From a virus, in IMG/VR virus record IMGVR_UViG_3300023184_000030, positions 64,001 through 128,000 of that record: a DNA stretch of 64,000 nt; one strand, given 5' to 3'. Made by a program: the position numbers and the translations under genes. Below the pieces are notes generated by a model. The model saw only the letters and a list, made by a program, of their open reading frames with translations. It was not told the origin of the DNA and made no database searches. Each line of letters opens with the position of its first letter. The first letter of the stretch is position 1. This document shows, one piece after another, positions 8,894-20,351 of this stretch.

Positions 8894-11800
8894 TTATATC
8901 TTAGCTATTCTTATATTAAACATTAAAGAGTAATAAAAACCAAATTCGGTTGGATATTCAAACTCATATATTAAATTAGTGATCGGCGTTAATTTATAGT
9001 TGTTATCTATAAAATATTCCAATTTATATCTATCACTAGAAAATAGATCGCCTCTAACTATTTCAGAATCGGGAATTGCTGCGTTTGCAATTTTCTTAAC
9101 ATAAAGATCAAATACGTCACCTCTGTATATAGGAGCAACGTTTAAATCGATATAAGTGTTGATATCATCATTTATTGATAGTGGATCGCCTACTCCAAAC
9201 TGTGATATTATATTATCGATAAAAACTTTCTTTATCCCTGAATTTAATAGGAATCTTCTAAGTATTCGATCTAATCTTATTATTCCTTTTATCTTTTTCT
9301 GTTTTGGAAAATTTTGCCAAACAACTTCTGCATTCGAGAATATCTTAAGGTCGAGCTTATTATAATCTACTCCAGAAAGGTATGGACCAACAGAGCCTAT
9401 ACCAGTTCCTGAATCTGCCTTACCTATTTCTTGAACGCTCTTGATAAAGCTGTCAATTCTAGAATTTAATCTACTTACATTTGTGCTACCTGTTGTTCTA
9501 GAAATCTGGAGAGTTATATAATTATTAGCCTGTATAGGATCAGGGGTCTGCATAACTTTAGAGCCAAAGAAAGTTTTATATTCTTTCATGGATCTTGTTC
9601 CTGCAACAGGTGATCCTGAATTACTACTAACATATCTGTCATAATATCCAGGATCCCATGAAGAAGAAAACAAATTAAAATTCTTTCTTGATATTGGGGT
9701 TAATCCTATTAAAGGATAAACTGGGCCTTCCGGATATGAGCTTGCAGCAGCCAATATATTAGATCCTTCTGAAACCTTGGTGTATCCTAGATTTCTTGAA
9801 ATACCAAAGTACTGTTTATCTGGTGCAAAATTACAGTTTCTGAAAGAAAGATCTATTGAATCAGATCCTATTAATGTGTCGGTCTTATCTCTGTCGAAAT
9901 GTATGACCTTTCTGAAGATTGGCTCGTATTCGCCCGAGTATCTGGTTAAAATAGAGGGTATTGTTGGATCTGGTGTTCTTATAGCATAACCAGTTTCTAC
10001 CCTTGCACCCTTTAAAATTCGAGGTCCGTTATACTCTTTAAAAACCAAAGATCCGCTAGGTTTAGTTATCTTAGTAGGTTTTTCGAAATAAAGCTCAAAA
10101 CCATTAGAAGTAAATATGGTTGATCCCGAAGTAGCGTCCTGTTGGTAGCTGGAGTATTTTATATAGGGTGAGCTTTTATTAAATTTATCTGCTATATAAG
10201 AAACAGAGCACCTCGAGAGTAATTCTTTATAATAGTTAGATCCACCTCCTATTTGTGTAACTGGCTTTCCCCTATATACAGAAGATGGTCCAACAGGAAC
10301 TGTCACGGGATTAGATGTAGAAAAGGGAATGGTAAATAAGTACGCTGATCCGGTAGCTACCTTTCCAAATTCTATAAAACTAGGACCAACCCCGGTTGGC
10401 CAAGGGTAAGTTGTTGATAAAGTTGAAACACTAAAACTTCCAGTACCAGTAGAGCTTGGACCTCCGGTAGCACCATCCGCATTGGGAACATATGTTGTGT
10501 GGATTTCCTCTCTTAGATCTGTATCATAATCAGAATTTTTTACTATGTTTATTACCCCAGTAGTTCTAGTTGTATTAACAACACTACCTGATACCAACGA
10601 AAGATCCAATGCAGCACTTAATTTTATATCGTCTACAGAATAAAACTTTTGTGAAGAAACCAGGGGAGACCTTAGTTTCTCTTTATCATTTAAAGTGTAA
10701 AGAAGCGTGTAATCTAAAATCGGATTACCCCCTGTTCCTCCGGTATAACCAAGATCAAAAGTTTTTTGATCCTTTATAACAAAGTCACAAACGAAAAGGA
10801 CAAACTTCTGCTGATCGTTTTCTATTACTTCGTATTTAACTGGAGCTTGTATAATTGTATTATCCTCAGGAATTGCTCTTAATATGGCAGAGAACTTATA
10901 ATCCTCGTAGCCTCTATAATATTTTATGTACCTGTCTGATTCAACAGATCCATCAAAAAAAGTATCAGATCTTTTTTTCAATACTATTTTACAACCTCTG
11001 AATATCGTCTCATAATATCCTGATGCTTCGTTATAAACAAGAGGAGTGAATAGCTCCTTGGTGTAAAATGAGGCATCACTAAATTCTAAAGCATAATCAG
11101 AGGGCTCCACAGTAAAGTATGAAGCTAAATATAAAGCATCATATGGGTCGGAGCTTCTAGCTTTATCTAAATCTATTTTATAAGGTAGATAACTATTCTG
11201 ATCGTTCATAAACTCTTTAGGAAAATCCCTAGGAGGTTGCTCAAGCAAAAACCATTCGTGAGTTAAATATTTAGGATCAGGAGTTATTCTTTCAAAACTT
11301 GGTGAAAAGTTAGTAGGGGAAAAAGCTGGGCTACTATTTAGCCTATATCGATTTCCTCTAGAATCTGTTCCCAGAGAAGATCCCCATTTACTTATATAAG
11401 GAACTATTTTTGATATATTAGCTCTCTGCGTTGTGAAATTCTCTTTCAGATATTCATATTCGGTATTAATCTTGCCGTAATAAAATACCTCTTCCTTTGT
11501 TGGATCTACATTCTTAGGATCTAGAAGAATCGCCTGTATGCCTATAAACCCATTAAAGGCTTCTAAGTCTCTTGTGTATCTGATGCCAGAATATGTAGTA
11601 GTAGAAGAAGAATAAATAACGTCAGAATATTGGGCAGGAAAGACAACGACATTTCCTGATGAAGAAGTTCTAGACTGAATGATATTTAATGCCGCAGATG
11701 ATTCGCTCAGATTTAAACTAGGATCGGAGACAGCAAACGAAGTATATCCAGTTGCGCCATAAAACAAATTACCGGCATTATAGATATTTCCAGTTGCACC

Positions 11801-14434
11801 ATAACTTATTTGTCCCCTTTCTACAAAGTATGGGACATTAGGTTTTATTACGTCATCCGTATTAGGTTTTATTTGGAAGTATTTATAAGTCTCCGGTGTT
11901 GGCGAATAGCTATAGTCAGAACTAAAGAAATCGAAATTAAATTCTTTGGTATCAAAGAAAGTAAATACCCCTAGATTTAAAGAAGCGGAATCGTATACAT
12001 TGAAAGATTGATCTGAACCTAAATTTATCCGAGAATATATGTCCTGTAGATTCAATACAAGCTTATATTGGAAATCATTAAAGCCTATAATCTTTCGGGT
12101 AACCGGATCTATCTCAGGATCATCAACATATTTATTAACTGAATCTATCATGGAAAATCCAGATTCTGTCTTAATATAATACCCTGCTAAAACCTGATTT
12201 GAATATTTGTTATCAAATACTATTCTATTGTTTCTATTTACCGTTCCGCCTACAAAGTTAATATTTTGCTTTATTTCTGAAGCATCCGTACCGTTAATCT
12301 TAATGTATCCAGGGTAGGAAAATGTTGAATACTCATTCCAACTGCTAGAAGTGTCGGGGGAATTTGTAAATTGGATACCCCCAGTTGGACCAGTAGATCC
12401 TACTATCGAATAATATGTATTATTATAAAGAACTATGTCATCAGATATGTAATTTGATTTATTATCCCACGCCCCCTTATATTTTTTAATAAATTCCGGA
12501 TAGTTATCAAATATTGATATAGAGTAAGAGTTATTACCATATAATCCTGAATTTTTAACTCTAATAATAGAGGATTCTTCAGAATTACCATAATCCATTG
12601 TTGAGGTATCAACATCAGAAAGAACAGAAGATAAAGCTAAAGCTATCTCAGCTGTTGTACCTGTAGATGCATTGAAATAATATGAATTTCCTGTTGAGTA
12701 ATAAGACCCTCCTGTCCATATCATCATCGAAGAATAATCAGCAGAACTTATTAAATCATATTTTCTTGATCCCTCCTTTCTTGATCCATTTGGCCAATAT
12801 AATTTAAAGGTTAAAGGTGTATTATTATCATACGCCTTTAGAAATTCTATCTCAGCGTAAGCTTTACCAGCTTCTACTGGTAAATCACCTTTAATAGTAA
12901 CAAGTTTATCGTCGCTTCCTGTGAAATTAAGTAGATCTATTGTTTGATTTTGAATTACTAATGATCCCGATGTTGCTCCTGTTGAGCCTGTTGCAGAGAA
13001 TTGTCCTGTCGTATAATCAAAGGGCCCATATGAATATTTAGGTTCGGAACCCCCATATCCACCATAATCTTCAGTTCTTTTTAAGTTATAGAAACTGTCA
13101 TTTTTATCAGTTAGATAGAACAATTTATTAGGATCCAATAGATTAACATTATCTGAGCCGGGTAAAAATCCAGTTGCGTTTTCATAGAATAATCTAATTC
13201 CAGATGTAGCACCTATCTTATATGGCTCATTGTTATAATAATATCCCACATTATCCCTCGAAGGTATCGGGGTGTTTTCATTTCCTGCTAAATTTCTGTA
13301 CTCGTAGAAAAATTCGCCATTAGTTCTGATTGTTGCAATGTCGTTTCGTGATACATACATTCCAACATACCTGTTTATAGTATATAAATCTGAATCAGCA
13401 TCATCAAAGAAGAATTCCAGGTTTAATAAATTGGGACATATTATACCATTTCTAGAAAATCCTGAAGTTATATAATCTTCTAAATCTATCATAGGGTCAG
13501 ATTTAGCAGATGAAAGATATTGATTTAAAAGTTCACCCTTTCTCGTATAGATCCCATCAGATACGCTGGCTCCCTTATAGTAAGTATATGAATTATATCC
13601 CCAACTTACCTCCAATGGTGAATTGGAAAATTGCTTATTATTAAATATCGATCTTATGTATTTACCAATTTTGGTATTTTCTCTAAGATCAAATGTCTTT
13701 ATAGCAGTTGCGTTATTTAATATCTTATTTTTAAAAGTAGAAGATACATCATTTACAAGTGGAAGATTTTCCAATTCAGCATAAACAGCAACCTTACCTG
13801 TACCACTTATTATACTATAGGTTGTGTTGTTTGTGTTACCTTGAAATATTTGACCGTCATAGTAATAAATATCATTACCTGAAGTATCCTTACCGTATGC
13901 AATCTTAAATTCAGATGCAGTATCATAATCTGCAATCACCTTATAACTCTTAGTAGCATCTATCTGTGTTACGTTTGTTGAATATGAATAGTCCAGAGGA
14001 TTATCCAGCTTAAATATAACGAAAAAATCAGGTATCTCATTTTTAATCCATATCGGAGCAAAGTAGCTAAAATCCTCAGGATAGTTTTTATCTATTAAGG
14101 CAGAAGCACCGCTTGCGTAGAAGAAATCATATTGATCAGAGAAATATTGTGCTGGTTCATTTTCTCCATTTGTGAATTTCCCAACCTGAAATATTATATC
14201 ATTAGAGATTTTACCGTCGGAGAAAAAAGTAGAGACGTCGCTGGCATAGGAATTCTCTCCTGTTACCGTGTATTTTTTAAATGCGTCGTTGCTCAAAGTA
14301 TTATTAACGTCCATTGAGTTAAACCAAACTCCACCTTGAGAATCTATAGAAATTTTAAAATTTCCAGTCAATTTTGGATTTGTTCTGATAACAGAAAAAG
14401 AAGAATTATAATCAAAAAGTCTGGATTGAGACAT
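8894..14434 (-). CDS. Very large virion structural protein, probable baseplate component (1846 aa)
   Basis: Long ORF in the structural operon; contains a short YKGAWDNKSNY..DDIVLYNNTYY module and GxTG motifs. Confidence 0.6.
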   Translation of the reverse strand: MSQSRLFDYNSSFSVIRTNPKLTGNFKISIDSQGGVWFNSMDVNNTLSNDAFKKYTVTGENSYASDVSTFFSDGKISNDIIFQVGKFTNGENEPAQYFSDQYDFFYASGASALIDKNYPEDFSYFAPIWIKNEIPDFFVIFKLDNPLDYSYSTNVTQIDATKSYKVIADYDTASEFKIAYGKDTSGNDIYYYDGQIFQGNTNNTTYSIISGTGKVAVYAELENLPLVNDVSSTFKNKILNNATAIKTFDLRENTKIGKYIRSIFNNKQFSNSPLEVSWGYNSYTYYKGASVSDGIYTRKGELLNQYLSSAKSDPMIDLEDYITSGFSRNGIICPNLLNLEFFFDDADSDLYTINRYVGMYVSRNDIATIRTNGEFFYEYRNLAGNENTPIPSRDNVGYYYNNEPYKIGATSGIRLFYENATGFLPGSDNVNLLDPNKLFYLTDKNDSFYNLKRTEDYGGYGGSEPKYSYGPFDYTTGQFSATGSTGATSGSLVIQNQTIDLLNFTGSDDKLVTIKGDLPVEAGKAYAEIEFLKAYDNNTPLTFKLYWPNGSRKEGSRKYDLISSADYSSMMIWTGGSYYSTGNSYYFNASTGTTAEIALALSSVLSDVDTSTMDYGNSEESSIIRVKNSGLYGNNSYSISIFDNYPEFIKKYKGAWDNKSNYISDDIVLYNNTYYSIVGSTGPTGGIQFTNSPDTSSSWNEYSTFSYPGYIKINGTDASEIKQNINFVGGTVNRNNRIVFDNKYSNQVLAGYYIKTESGFSMIDSVNKYVDDPEIDPVTRKIIGFNDFQYKLVLNLQDIYSRINLGSDQSFNVYDSASLNLGVFTFFDTKEFNFDFFSSDYSYSPTPETYKYFQIKPNTDDVIKPNVPYFVERGQISYGATGNIYNAGNLFYGATGYTSFAVSDPSLNLSESSAALNIIQSRTSSSGNVVVFPAQYSDVIYSSSTTTYSGIRYTRDLEAFNGFIGIQAILLDPKNVDPTKEEVFYYGKINTEYEYLKENFTTQRANISKIVPYISKWGSSLGTDSRGNRYRLNSSPAFSPTNFSPSFERITPDPKYLTHEWFLLEQPPRDFPKEFMNDQNSYLPYKIDLDKARSSDPYDALYLASYFTVEPSDYALEFSDASFYTKELFTPLVYNEASGYYETIFRGCKIVLKKRSDTFFDGSVESDRYIKYYRGYEDYKFSAILRAIPEDNTIIQAPVKYEVIENDQQKFVLFVCDFVIKDQKTFDLGYTGGTGGNPILDYTLLYTLNDKEKLRSPLVSSQKFYSVDDIKLSAALDLSLVSGSVVNTTRTTGVINIVKNSDYDTDLREEIHTTYVPNADGATGGPSSTGTGSFSVSTLSTTYPWPTGVGPSFIEFGKVATGSAYLFTIPFSTSNPVTVPVGPSSVYRGKPVTQIGGGSNYYKELLSRCSVSYIADKFNKSSPYIKYSSYQQDATSGSTIFTSNGFELYFEKPTKITKPSGSLVFKEYNGPRILKGARVETGYAIRTPDPTIPSILTRYSGEYEPIFRKVIHFDRDKTDTLIGSDSIDLSFRNCNFAPDKQYFGISRNLGYTKVSEGSNILAAASSYPEGPVYPLIGLTPISRKNFNLFSSSWDPGYYDRYVSSNSGSPVAGTRSMKEYKTFFGSKVMQTPDPIQANNYITLQISRTTGSTNVSRLNSRIDSFIKSVQEIGKADSGTGIGSVGPYLSGVDYNKLDLKIFSNAEVVWQNFPKQKKIKGIIRLDRILRRFLLNSGIKKVFIDNIISQFGVGDPLSINDDINTYIDLNVAPIYRGDVFDLYVKKIANAAIPDSEIVRGDLFSSDRYKLEYFIDNNYKLTPITNLIYEFEYPTEFGFYYSLMFNIRIAKI

Positions 14435-14458
14435 ATTCTAAGCTCGTATTATGTTTTA

Positions 14459-17400
14459 TTAAAAAGTAAATGTTTTAGCACCACTATCGAAATTAGGAGC
14501 TACTAAAGTATCATTTTGGTAAGATCCGCTAACTTGAATATCAAAAGAAAATGCGTCGTCATTTCTTATCTGTATATCTATACCTAATTTCTTTATGTAT
14601 GTTATATTAGATAAATTCCCTGCCTTTCTCCATCCCCCAATATAGCCTAATTTATCAACTGCTCTGAATTGAAATATCACTGGGATATTTATAGCATTTG
14701 TTTCACCTTCGCCCAGATAGGTAACCGATAAAGCAGTTGTTCCTGGAACTTGCAATGACGTATTTGAAACCGGGCCAAGATAAAGATAAGCACCGCATGA
14801 ATATTTACCTATTAGATATTCGTCATTTGATGAGAAACCTAACTTATCAGCATACATATTGTCTTCTCTAGAAGCAGTTGCACCAGTGGCAAAATCTATA
14901 GGTGTTCTTGATGACTGTTGAACCAAATACTGGGATAAAGTTGAATCCCCCCAAAAAGTTTGTGTATGTCTGAAGGGAGCATAACTTACCGATGTTGAGC
15001 TAAAAGGTTTAACCATATCTGGATAGTTAGTGAAAGAATACGTACTACCTACTGATAGCAAATAAGGGTGACTTGTATGAATACAGAATTCTGATAGTTG
15101 CCCGCTACCAACCGGTGTTCCCCCTGTCGTACCTGTAAATGTCCCATTCCAAACCGCTGCTGCAGTTCCACCCGTTACAGTAGCATAACTTGCAGATAAA
15201 GTGGGATTATAAGGAGTAAAGATCGTTCCGTTTTGAGGATAAATCCCTCCTATACCAAAGTTGGTTTGTGAAGAAGAAGAATTACCATCATATGCATAGG
15301 ATGGACTGTACGAGTTAGAAAAAAATTGTCCTAAATCAGTCAGAGCTGGATTATAATAAAGTACCTGATTGAATCCGATATTTCTATATCTAGGATAAAT
15401 GTACTGTGAATATGCGCTTGAAGAAGCATACGGTGGTGCCTGTCTAAAATCGGTTGAGCTTTCAACATCATTAGTTACTAGGGCTGTTAGAGATATAGGG
15501 CCATCGCCATATCTTAGATTAGTATTATAACCTGCAGGAAATGCCGAAGATATAGAAGAAGGTGCTGCAGTTTCCAATCCCCCTGGTATTATTGAAGCAA
15601 GTTCAACAGGTGAAGCCTGTGCGTTAAATAGCTGAATGTTATAAGATATAGAAGCTATTTTACCTGCGTTTGTAGTCGTTGGACTAGTAAAAATATCATT
15701 ATAAAATCCCGCATTAAGCTTGATCGTAGATCCCTTAGAAACTTTTATCTTATTATTACTTGAATCTATGATATAAACTTGTAATAAGCCCTTAGCGTTA
15801 CTTAATTCAGCTTTCATTAATGTTAACTGATTCTGAAGATCGGTTAGCTTATCAAACAGATTTAAAACAGTTCCTGCATTCGTATAGAATCCGCTGGCAA
15901 TACCTACTGCATTGTGATAATAAGTAGTATCACCCACTGTGAATTGTTCTGATAAATGCGCGGGAAGTCCCTGTGCATCTAATTCCGATTGCATTCTCGT
16001 AACTGCAGAATCCTCGGTATTAGTTCTTAGTGCTACATCTACTCCAGTAACCGATAAGTTATCAGGGAAAGAGATTATAACAGACTGAGAATAATCAGAG
16101 GTTAATGGATTATCAGGCCAACCTGCTTCTGATACAGAAGCTATTTGGATTTCTACCTTTTCACCTTTAGTGATAGCTAGATCTAATTGGTTGATGTTCT
16201 GTACATCAGAATTCCCTGGGTCTTCAGGGGACCAAATATAAATTCCTCTTTTAGGATCATAAACTTTTTTCCTGATATCGGTTTTATATTCTGTCCAATT
16301 TGAGAAGGAAGCATTTTTCATAGTTCCGTCATTGTCAAGGAATTCTATCTGATCGTTAGGCTGTGCAGATCCGCTGTCGCTAAGATACCTATATCTAACT
16401 TTAAATTGAATAACTTCCTGAGCTCCCGTAGATGGACTAATTTGAGGAGAAGGAAATGCCCAAAATCCTCTAATTCTGTACTTAGGTGGTGTTACTATTT
16501 GCGGAACATCCACGCTTAGAGTCTTAACTTCGGATACTAGAGATGCGTAAAGTTCAACCTTTTTAACTCTCTCTTGTATCAATGAGCTTAGATTTGCTTT
16601 AACAGCCTGCACATTAACACCAATAGGTGTTGTTTTTTGTCCTGTTACGCTAACTGGGCTCAAATTAGATCCTAGTATAGTACTAGTATTTACGTTTGTT
16701 AACTGTAAGGATCCTTCGTTTATAGTGGAAAGTCCGGTATTTAATTGAAGCTTAGATTGATTGATAGATTCATCTAACTGATTTATCTCGCTCTTTATCG
16801 AAGACTTCATTTCTAACTTATCATTAACAACTTTTATTGGTGTCGAATCAGTTATCTGTTTGTTTATTTGTACTACTCTAAAGTTAGTCTGATCAATCGT
16901 AGGTGGTGTTGGGGTTAATCCTTCGATAGCAGGAACTTTATTTTCTTTAGCAGCTCCAAGAAAGATCTTGCCTAAATCTGATACTTCGGTTAAATAATAT
17001 GTTTCAAGATTTACTACGGTACCGCTAGAATTTTTGGTCTGAAGCTCATTGCTCCAAAATACTATTCCTGTTGACCAAACTGCTCCGACAATATTAAAGT
17101 TATCATCTATTGCTTTAAAGAAAATACCTTGTCTTTCATTGTATCCTATGTTAACTTGTGCATATCTTGGGCCAAAATCTGTTGATGATATAGAAAGGGT
17201 ATTCGCTCCTATCATAATAGGCTGATATCCAGAAACTCTCTTAGCTTGAATAGATGCTTGATCCCTGTCAACTGAGGTTATTTGATATTGCGTTCCGTCA
17301 TTAGTAGAAATTTTATCATCTATATTAAGTGATCTTCCATCAACAAATGTGCTAAGTGTGTCGGTATAAGTGAGCTTATCTAATTTATAGTTTCTTCTGG

Positions 17401-18109
17401 TTTCTTGAAATTGATTTCCTGCTGCATCGGTAATGGTAACCAAATCATCATAATAATTTGTTACACTAAATCCACCTACGAATCTTATCGTTCTTAGCGG
17501 TAGCTGTTCAATCGATTCATCTACAAAATAACCAATACCATTATCGGTTAAATCCTGAATGAATTGATTATAAGAAAGATCGTTTCTTCCTTTTAAACTA
17601 GAATCAAAATAGTTTTTCTGCTCATCGGTTGTAGTGTTAGCGATTATTCTCTTAACCACTATTCTATCTGCTGCATCAGGAACTTGACCTGTTACATTGA
17701 CATTTATATACAAAAGGGGGGTAAGGAAACTTTCAAAAAACCAATTGTCCTTAACATCGAATGTACTAGGTACTGCTAAATTTGTTAATCTAGCGGGTTC
17801 TTTTAAAGGTTCACTTTTATAAACCTGTGTGTATGTGCCGTCAGGATTTCTAACAGTTGCAGAGGATTCGCTAATACCAGCTAAAGCTTGTATGTTGTTA
17901 TCGATTCTTTGAATTTCTCCTCTTAGAAATCCATAGGAAGGAATATTTTGATTTTGTGGTAAACCTTGTTCGTCAAGATATTCTATCGTAACCGTGTTAT
18001 TAGTAGATACCGCAACCTCATTTAATCCATTTATGATTTCTAATGAATTTCTTTGAAGTCTCAAAAACTGAGCTACTAATGAACTTATTGAATTTTGTGT
18101 GCCTGCCAT
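14459..18109 (-). CDS. Large virion structural protein with coiled-coil and Fn3/Ig-like segments (1216 aa)
   Basis: Two coiled-coil stretches (IKSEINQLDESINQ; LTDLQNQLTLMKAEL) and a beta-sandwich-like segment (VIQFKVRYRY...FSNW). Confidence 0.6.
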   Translation of the reverse strand: MAGTQNSISSLVAQFLRLQRNSLEIINGLNEVAVSTNNTVTIEYLDEQGLPQNQNIPSYGFLRGEIQRIDNNIQALAGISESSATVRNPDGTYTQVYKSEPLKEPARLTNLAVPSTFDVKDNWFFESFLTPLLYINVNVTGQVPDAADRIVVKRIIANTTTDEQKNYFDSSLKGRNDLSYNQFIQDLTDNGIGYFVDESIEQLPLRTIRFVGGFSVTNYYDDLVTITDAAGNQFQETRRNYKLDKLTYTDTLSTFVDGRSLNIDDKISTNDGTQYQITSVDRDQASIQAKRVSGYQPIMIGANTLSISSTDFGPRYAQVNIGYNERQGIFFKAIDDNFNIVGAVWSTGIVFWSNELQTKNSSGTVVNLETYYLTEVSDLGKIFLGAAKENKVPAIEGLTPTPPTIDQTNFRVVQINKQITDSTPIKVVNDKLEMKSSIKSEINQLDESINQSKLQLNTGLSTINEGSLQLTNVNTSTILGSNLSPVSVTGQKTTPIGVNVQAVKANLSSLIQERVKKVELYASLVSEVKTLSVDVPQIVTPPKYRIRGFWAFPSPQISPSTGAQEVIQFKVRYRYLSDSGSAQPNDQIEFLDNDGTMKNASFSNWTEYKTDIRKKVYDPKRGIYIWSPEDPGNSDVQNINQLDLAITKGEKVEIQIASVSEAGWPDNPLTSDYSQSVIISFPDNLSVTGVDVALRTNTEDSAVTRMQSELDAQGLPAHLSEQFTVGDTTYYHNAVGIASGFYTNAGTVLNLFDKLTDLQNQLTLMKAELSNAKGLLQVYIIDSSNNKIKVSKGSTIKLNAGFYNDIFTSPTTTNAGKIASISYNIQLFNAQASPVELASIIPGGLETAAPSSISSAFPAGYNTNLRYGDGPISLTALVTNDVESSTDFRQAPPYASSSAYSQYIYPRYRNIGFNQVLYYNPALTDLGQFFSNSYSPSYAYDGNSSSSQTNFGIGGIYPQNGTIFTPYNPTLSASYATVTGGTAAAVWNGTFTGTTGGTPVGSGQLSEFCIHTSHPYLLSVGSTYSFTNYPDMVKPFSSTSVSYAPFRHTQTFWGDSTLSQYLVQQSSRTPIDFATGATASREDNMYADKLGFSSNDEYLIGKYSCGAYLYLGPVSNTSLQVPGTTALSVTYLGEGETNAINIPVIFQFRAVDKLGYIGGWRKAGNLSNITYIKKLGIDIQIRNDDAFSFDIQVSGSYQNDTLVAPNFDSGAKTFTF

Positions 18110-18122
18110 TTAATTTTTAATA

Positions 18123-20327
18123 TTATTGGTTGTTTGTTAAACTTTTTCCTACTATATCTACTTGGAATTTCAGATTTTTCTCATCGATACAAACTATTTC
18201 AAAAACTGGCATATAATCATATCCAGAGAATGAGCTGTCATCAAGAGAGACTATCAATGTAGAATAACCAACTCCCGAAGGATTGCTTAATGGATATAAT
18301 CCATCAGCATTGGTGATTATGTTTATTATAAAACCATTTGGATATACTTGATCTCCAAAAGATATTCTAAATCTTTGTCCTAATTTCCATCTAGCATTGG
18401 AACTGTCTTTCAGTCTTATTGTTAGATCACCTGTTAGTGTTAAAGGAGTGCTGTTATTAACATGTTTAAAATAATTGGAATAGTTAATTAAAGGAATTTC
18501 GTTTAATCCGCTTTGTGTTAATGTTCCTTTGCTTTGAGTATTAGAGATGTTAAAATCTTGAACCGCATTTATTACAGAAAGTTGATTGGGTACACTTCTA
18601 TCTACGATGATACCAGATCCTTGCTTAACCAGATCAAGATCATATGATATTTCTACGCTAGTCTGATTATTTAATATAGCCCTTACTAAATCATAATTCT
18701 GATCAATAAGTCCCATTATAGACTGTGTATTGTTAAATAAAGCCTGGTTTGCAGCTAATGTTTGTTCGATGTTTCCTATTCTTATGTCCATGTTGATAGA
18801 AGTAGGACTACTGAGCGTTATATTCTCTAAATTAGTTACCCTATTACTTAACTCTATAAAATCGGAAGAAGCATTATTCAATGTTGAACTCGCATCTTGT
18901 AAAACGTTCATAGCATCCATGAACATAGAAAGAGAAAAAGGAGAATAGTCATTAATTGCCTGTTCTACCCCCGTCTGATCAACATCAGTATCAAATTTAA
19001 GATTAAGCTTAAACCCGTATGAGTTTCCATTTAATTTTGTTACTGGATTAGGTCTATGCTTCTTTAATCTTGGAATGTAAATGTCTCCGCCTTCGCTATT
19101 TACGTCATCTAAAAATAAGACACCATATAGGTTCGTAGCGGACGTAGCAGGTTCTGCAGGATCATACACATCATAATAGATCAATACTGCGTTAAACTCA
19201 AAGTCTGCTGCGTCTGCGGTGGCGTTAAACTCTTCTAGCGTAGAGATACTAGAATTTGTTAATATTTGTTGATATGAATTAGGATCGAAATCAATACCGA
19301 CTGAATCCAATTTGCTTCTAGTGTAAACTAGTGTGTTAGCATTATCGGTCTTAGTAAGAATATAGTTAGAAGGATCTGTAAAAATATTTTCTGAAAAATA
19401 AGTGTTTGCAGTGTCCCTCGGTGAATACCAATTGCCAGCTATCGATGATCCATTTACTCCAGTATCATAATAACTAGCAGTAGGTGAACCCAAAACATCA
19501 TCATCAAAAATTGCTAATGTTGTTAATCCGCTAGGATTTGTTTCATCGTAATTTCTACTAAATAGATATTCGTCATTTAAAGGATTATTTGGGTTATTTG
19601 TCCATTGATAATCTGGATAATAGTTTTTATCAGTTACATTCTTAAATAAGACATATGGTGTATTTCCGTCCTTAGTTGGAATATAAACATAAACCTCAGA
19701 ATATGCGTTTGTTGAATTCTTTACCGAGTTAACAATATCTAAATTACCAACATACTGAACCACTCTATTATATGGTGCTCCAGTCATTCCATAAGCTCCA
19801 GTAGTTCCGTAAACTGCGTCGCCTTCCACGTATCTTTTCTGTGTTATAGGAACGTCATTTACAATGGTAACAGTATTCTGATCCAATGCAGGGGAAACCT
19901 CAGTCGAATCAGCTGCTGAATATCTGATCGCTCCTATTTCCTTTAACCATTTAAAAAATATTCTTTCTGAAATATTTTGCTTTAAAGAGGAATCGTATTG
20001 ATCGTTTCCTGTTATGGTAGACTCTATATTTAAGCAATAGCTCTGAAAACTTTGAGAGAAATCTATATTTGCATCACCAGTTATAATTTGCTGAGTGCTA
20101 TTAGCCCAATCGAGAAATGCACTATCAGGACCATTCAATCTCACATAGTTGGTTTGTGTAGATGCACTGTTATCTATATTAGGTATGTTCAATAAGGCAA
20201 ACTTGGAAAATCTAAATTTACTATCTGAATTATTGAACGTAAATGAAAGATCCTCCGCAGATGAAGAGAATGTATAAAATGTTCCGCCTTGTACTTGTAA
20301 AGGTCTTATAAATGGTGTCTTTGCCAT
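18123..20327 (-). CDS. Virion structural protein (734 aa), baseplate-associated
   Basis: Starts MAKTPFIRPLQVQGGTFYTF; FEFNAVLIYY...NLYGVLFLD segment; coiled-coil; operon context. Confidence 0.6.
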   Translation of the reverse strand: MAKTPFIRPLQVQGGTFYTFSSSAEDLSFTFNNSDSKFRFSKFALLNIPNIDNSASTQTNYVRLNGPDSAFLDWANSTQQIITGDANIDFSQSFQSYCLNIESTITGNDQYDSSLKQNISERIFFKWLKEIGAIRYSAADSTEVSPALDQNTVTIVNDVPITQKRYVEGDAVYGTTGAYGMTGAPYNRVVQYVGNLDIVNSVKNSTNAYSEVYVYIPTKDGNTPYVLFKNVTDKNYYPDYQWTNNPNNPLNDEYLFSRNYDETNPSGLTTLAIFDDDVLGSPTASYYDTGVNGSSIAGNWYSPRDTANTYFSENIFTDPSNYILTKTDNANTLVYTRSKLDSVGIDFDPNSYQQILTNSSISTLEEFNATADAADFEFNAVLIYYDVYDPAEPATSATNLYGVLFLDDVNSEGGDIYIPRLKKHRPNPVTKLNGNSYGFKLNLKFDTDVDQTGVEQAINDYSPFSLSMFMDAMNVLQDASSTLNNASSDFIELSNRVTNLENITLSSPTSINMDIRIGNIEQTLAANQALFNNTQSIMGLIDQNYDLVRAILNNQTSVEISYDLDLVKQGSGIIVDRSVPNQLSVINAVQDFNISNTQSKGTLTQSGLNEIPLINYSNYFKHVNNSTPLTLTGDLTIRLKDSSNARWKLGQRFRISFGDQVYPNGFIINIITNADGLYPLSNPSGVGYSTLIVSLDDSSFSGYDYMPVFEIVCIDEKNLKFQVDIVGKSLTNNQ

Positions 20328-20351
20328 TAAATTTCTTTTATTTTTATTCTA

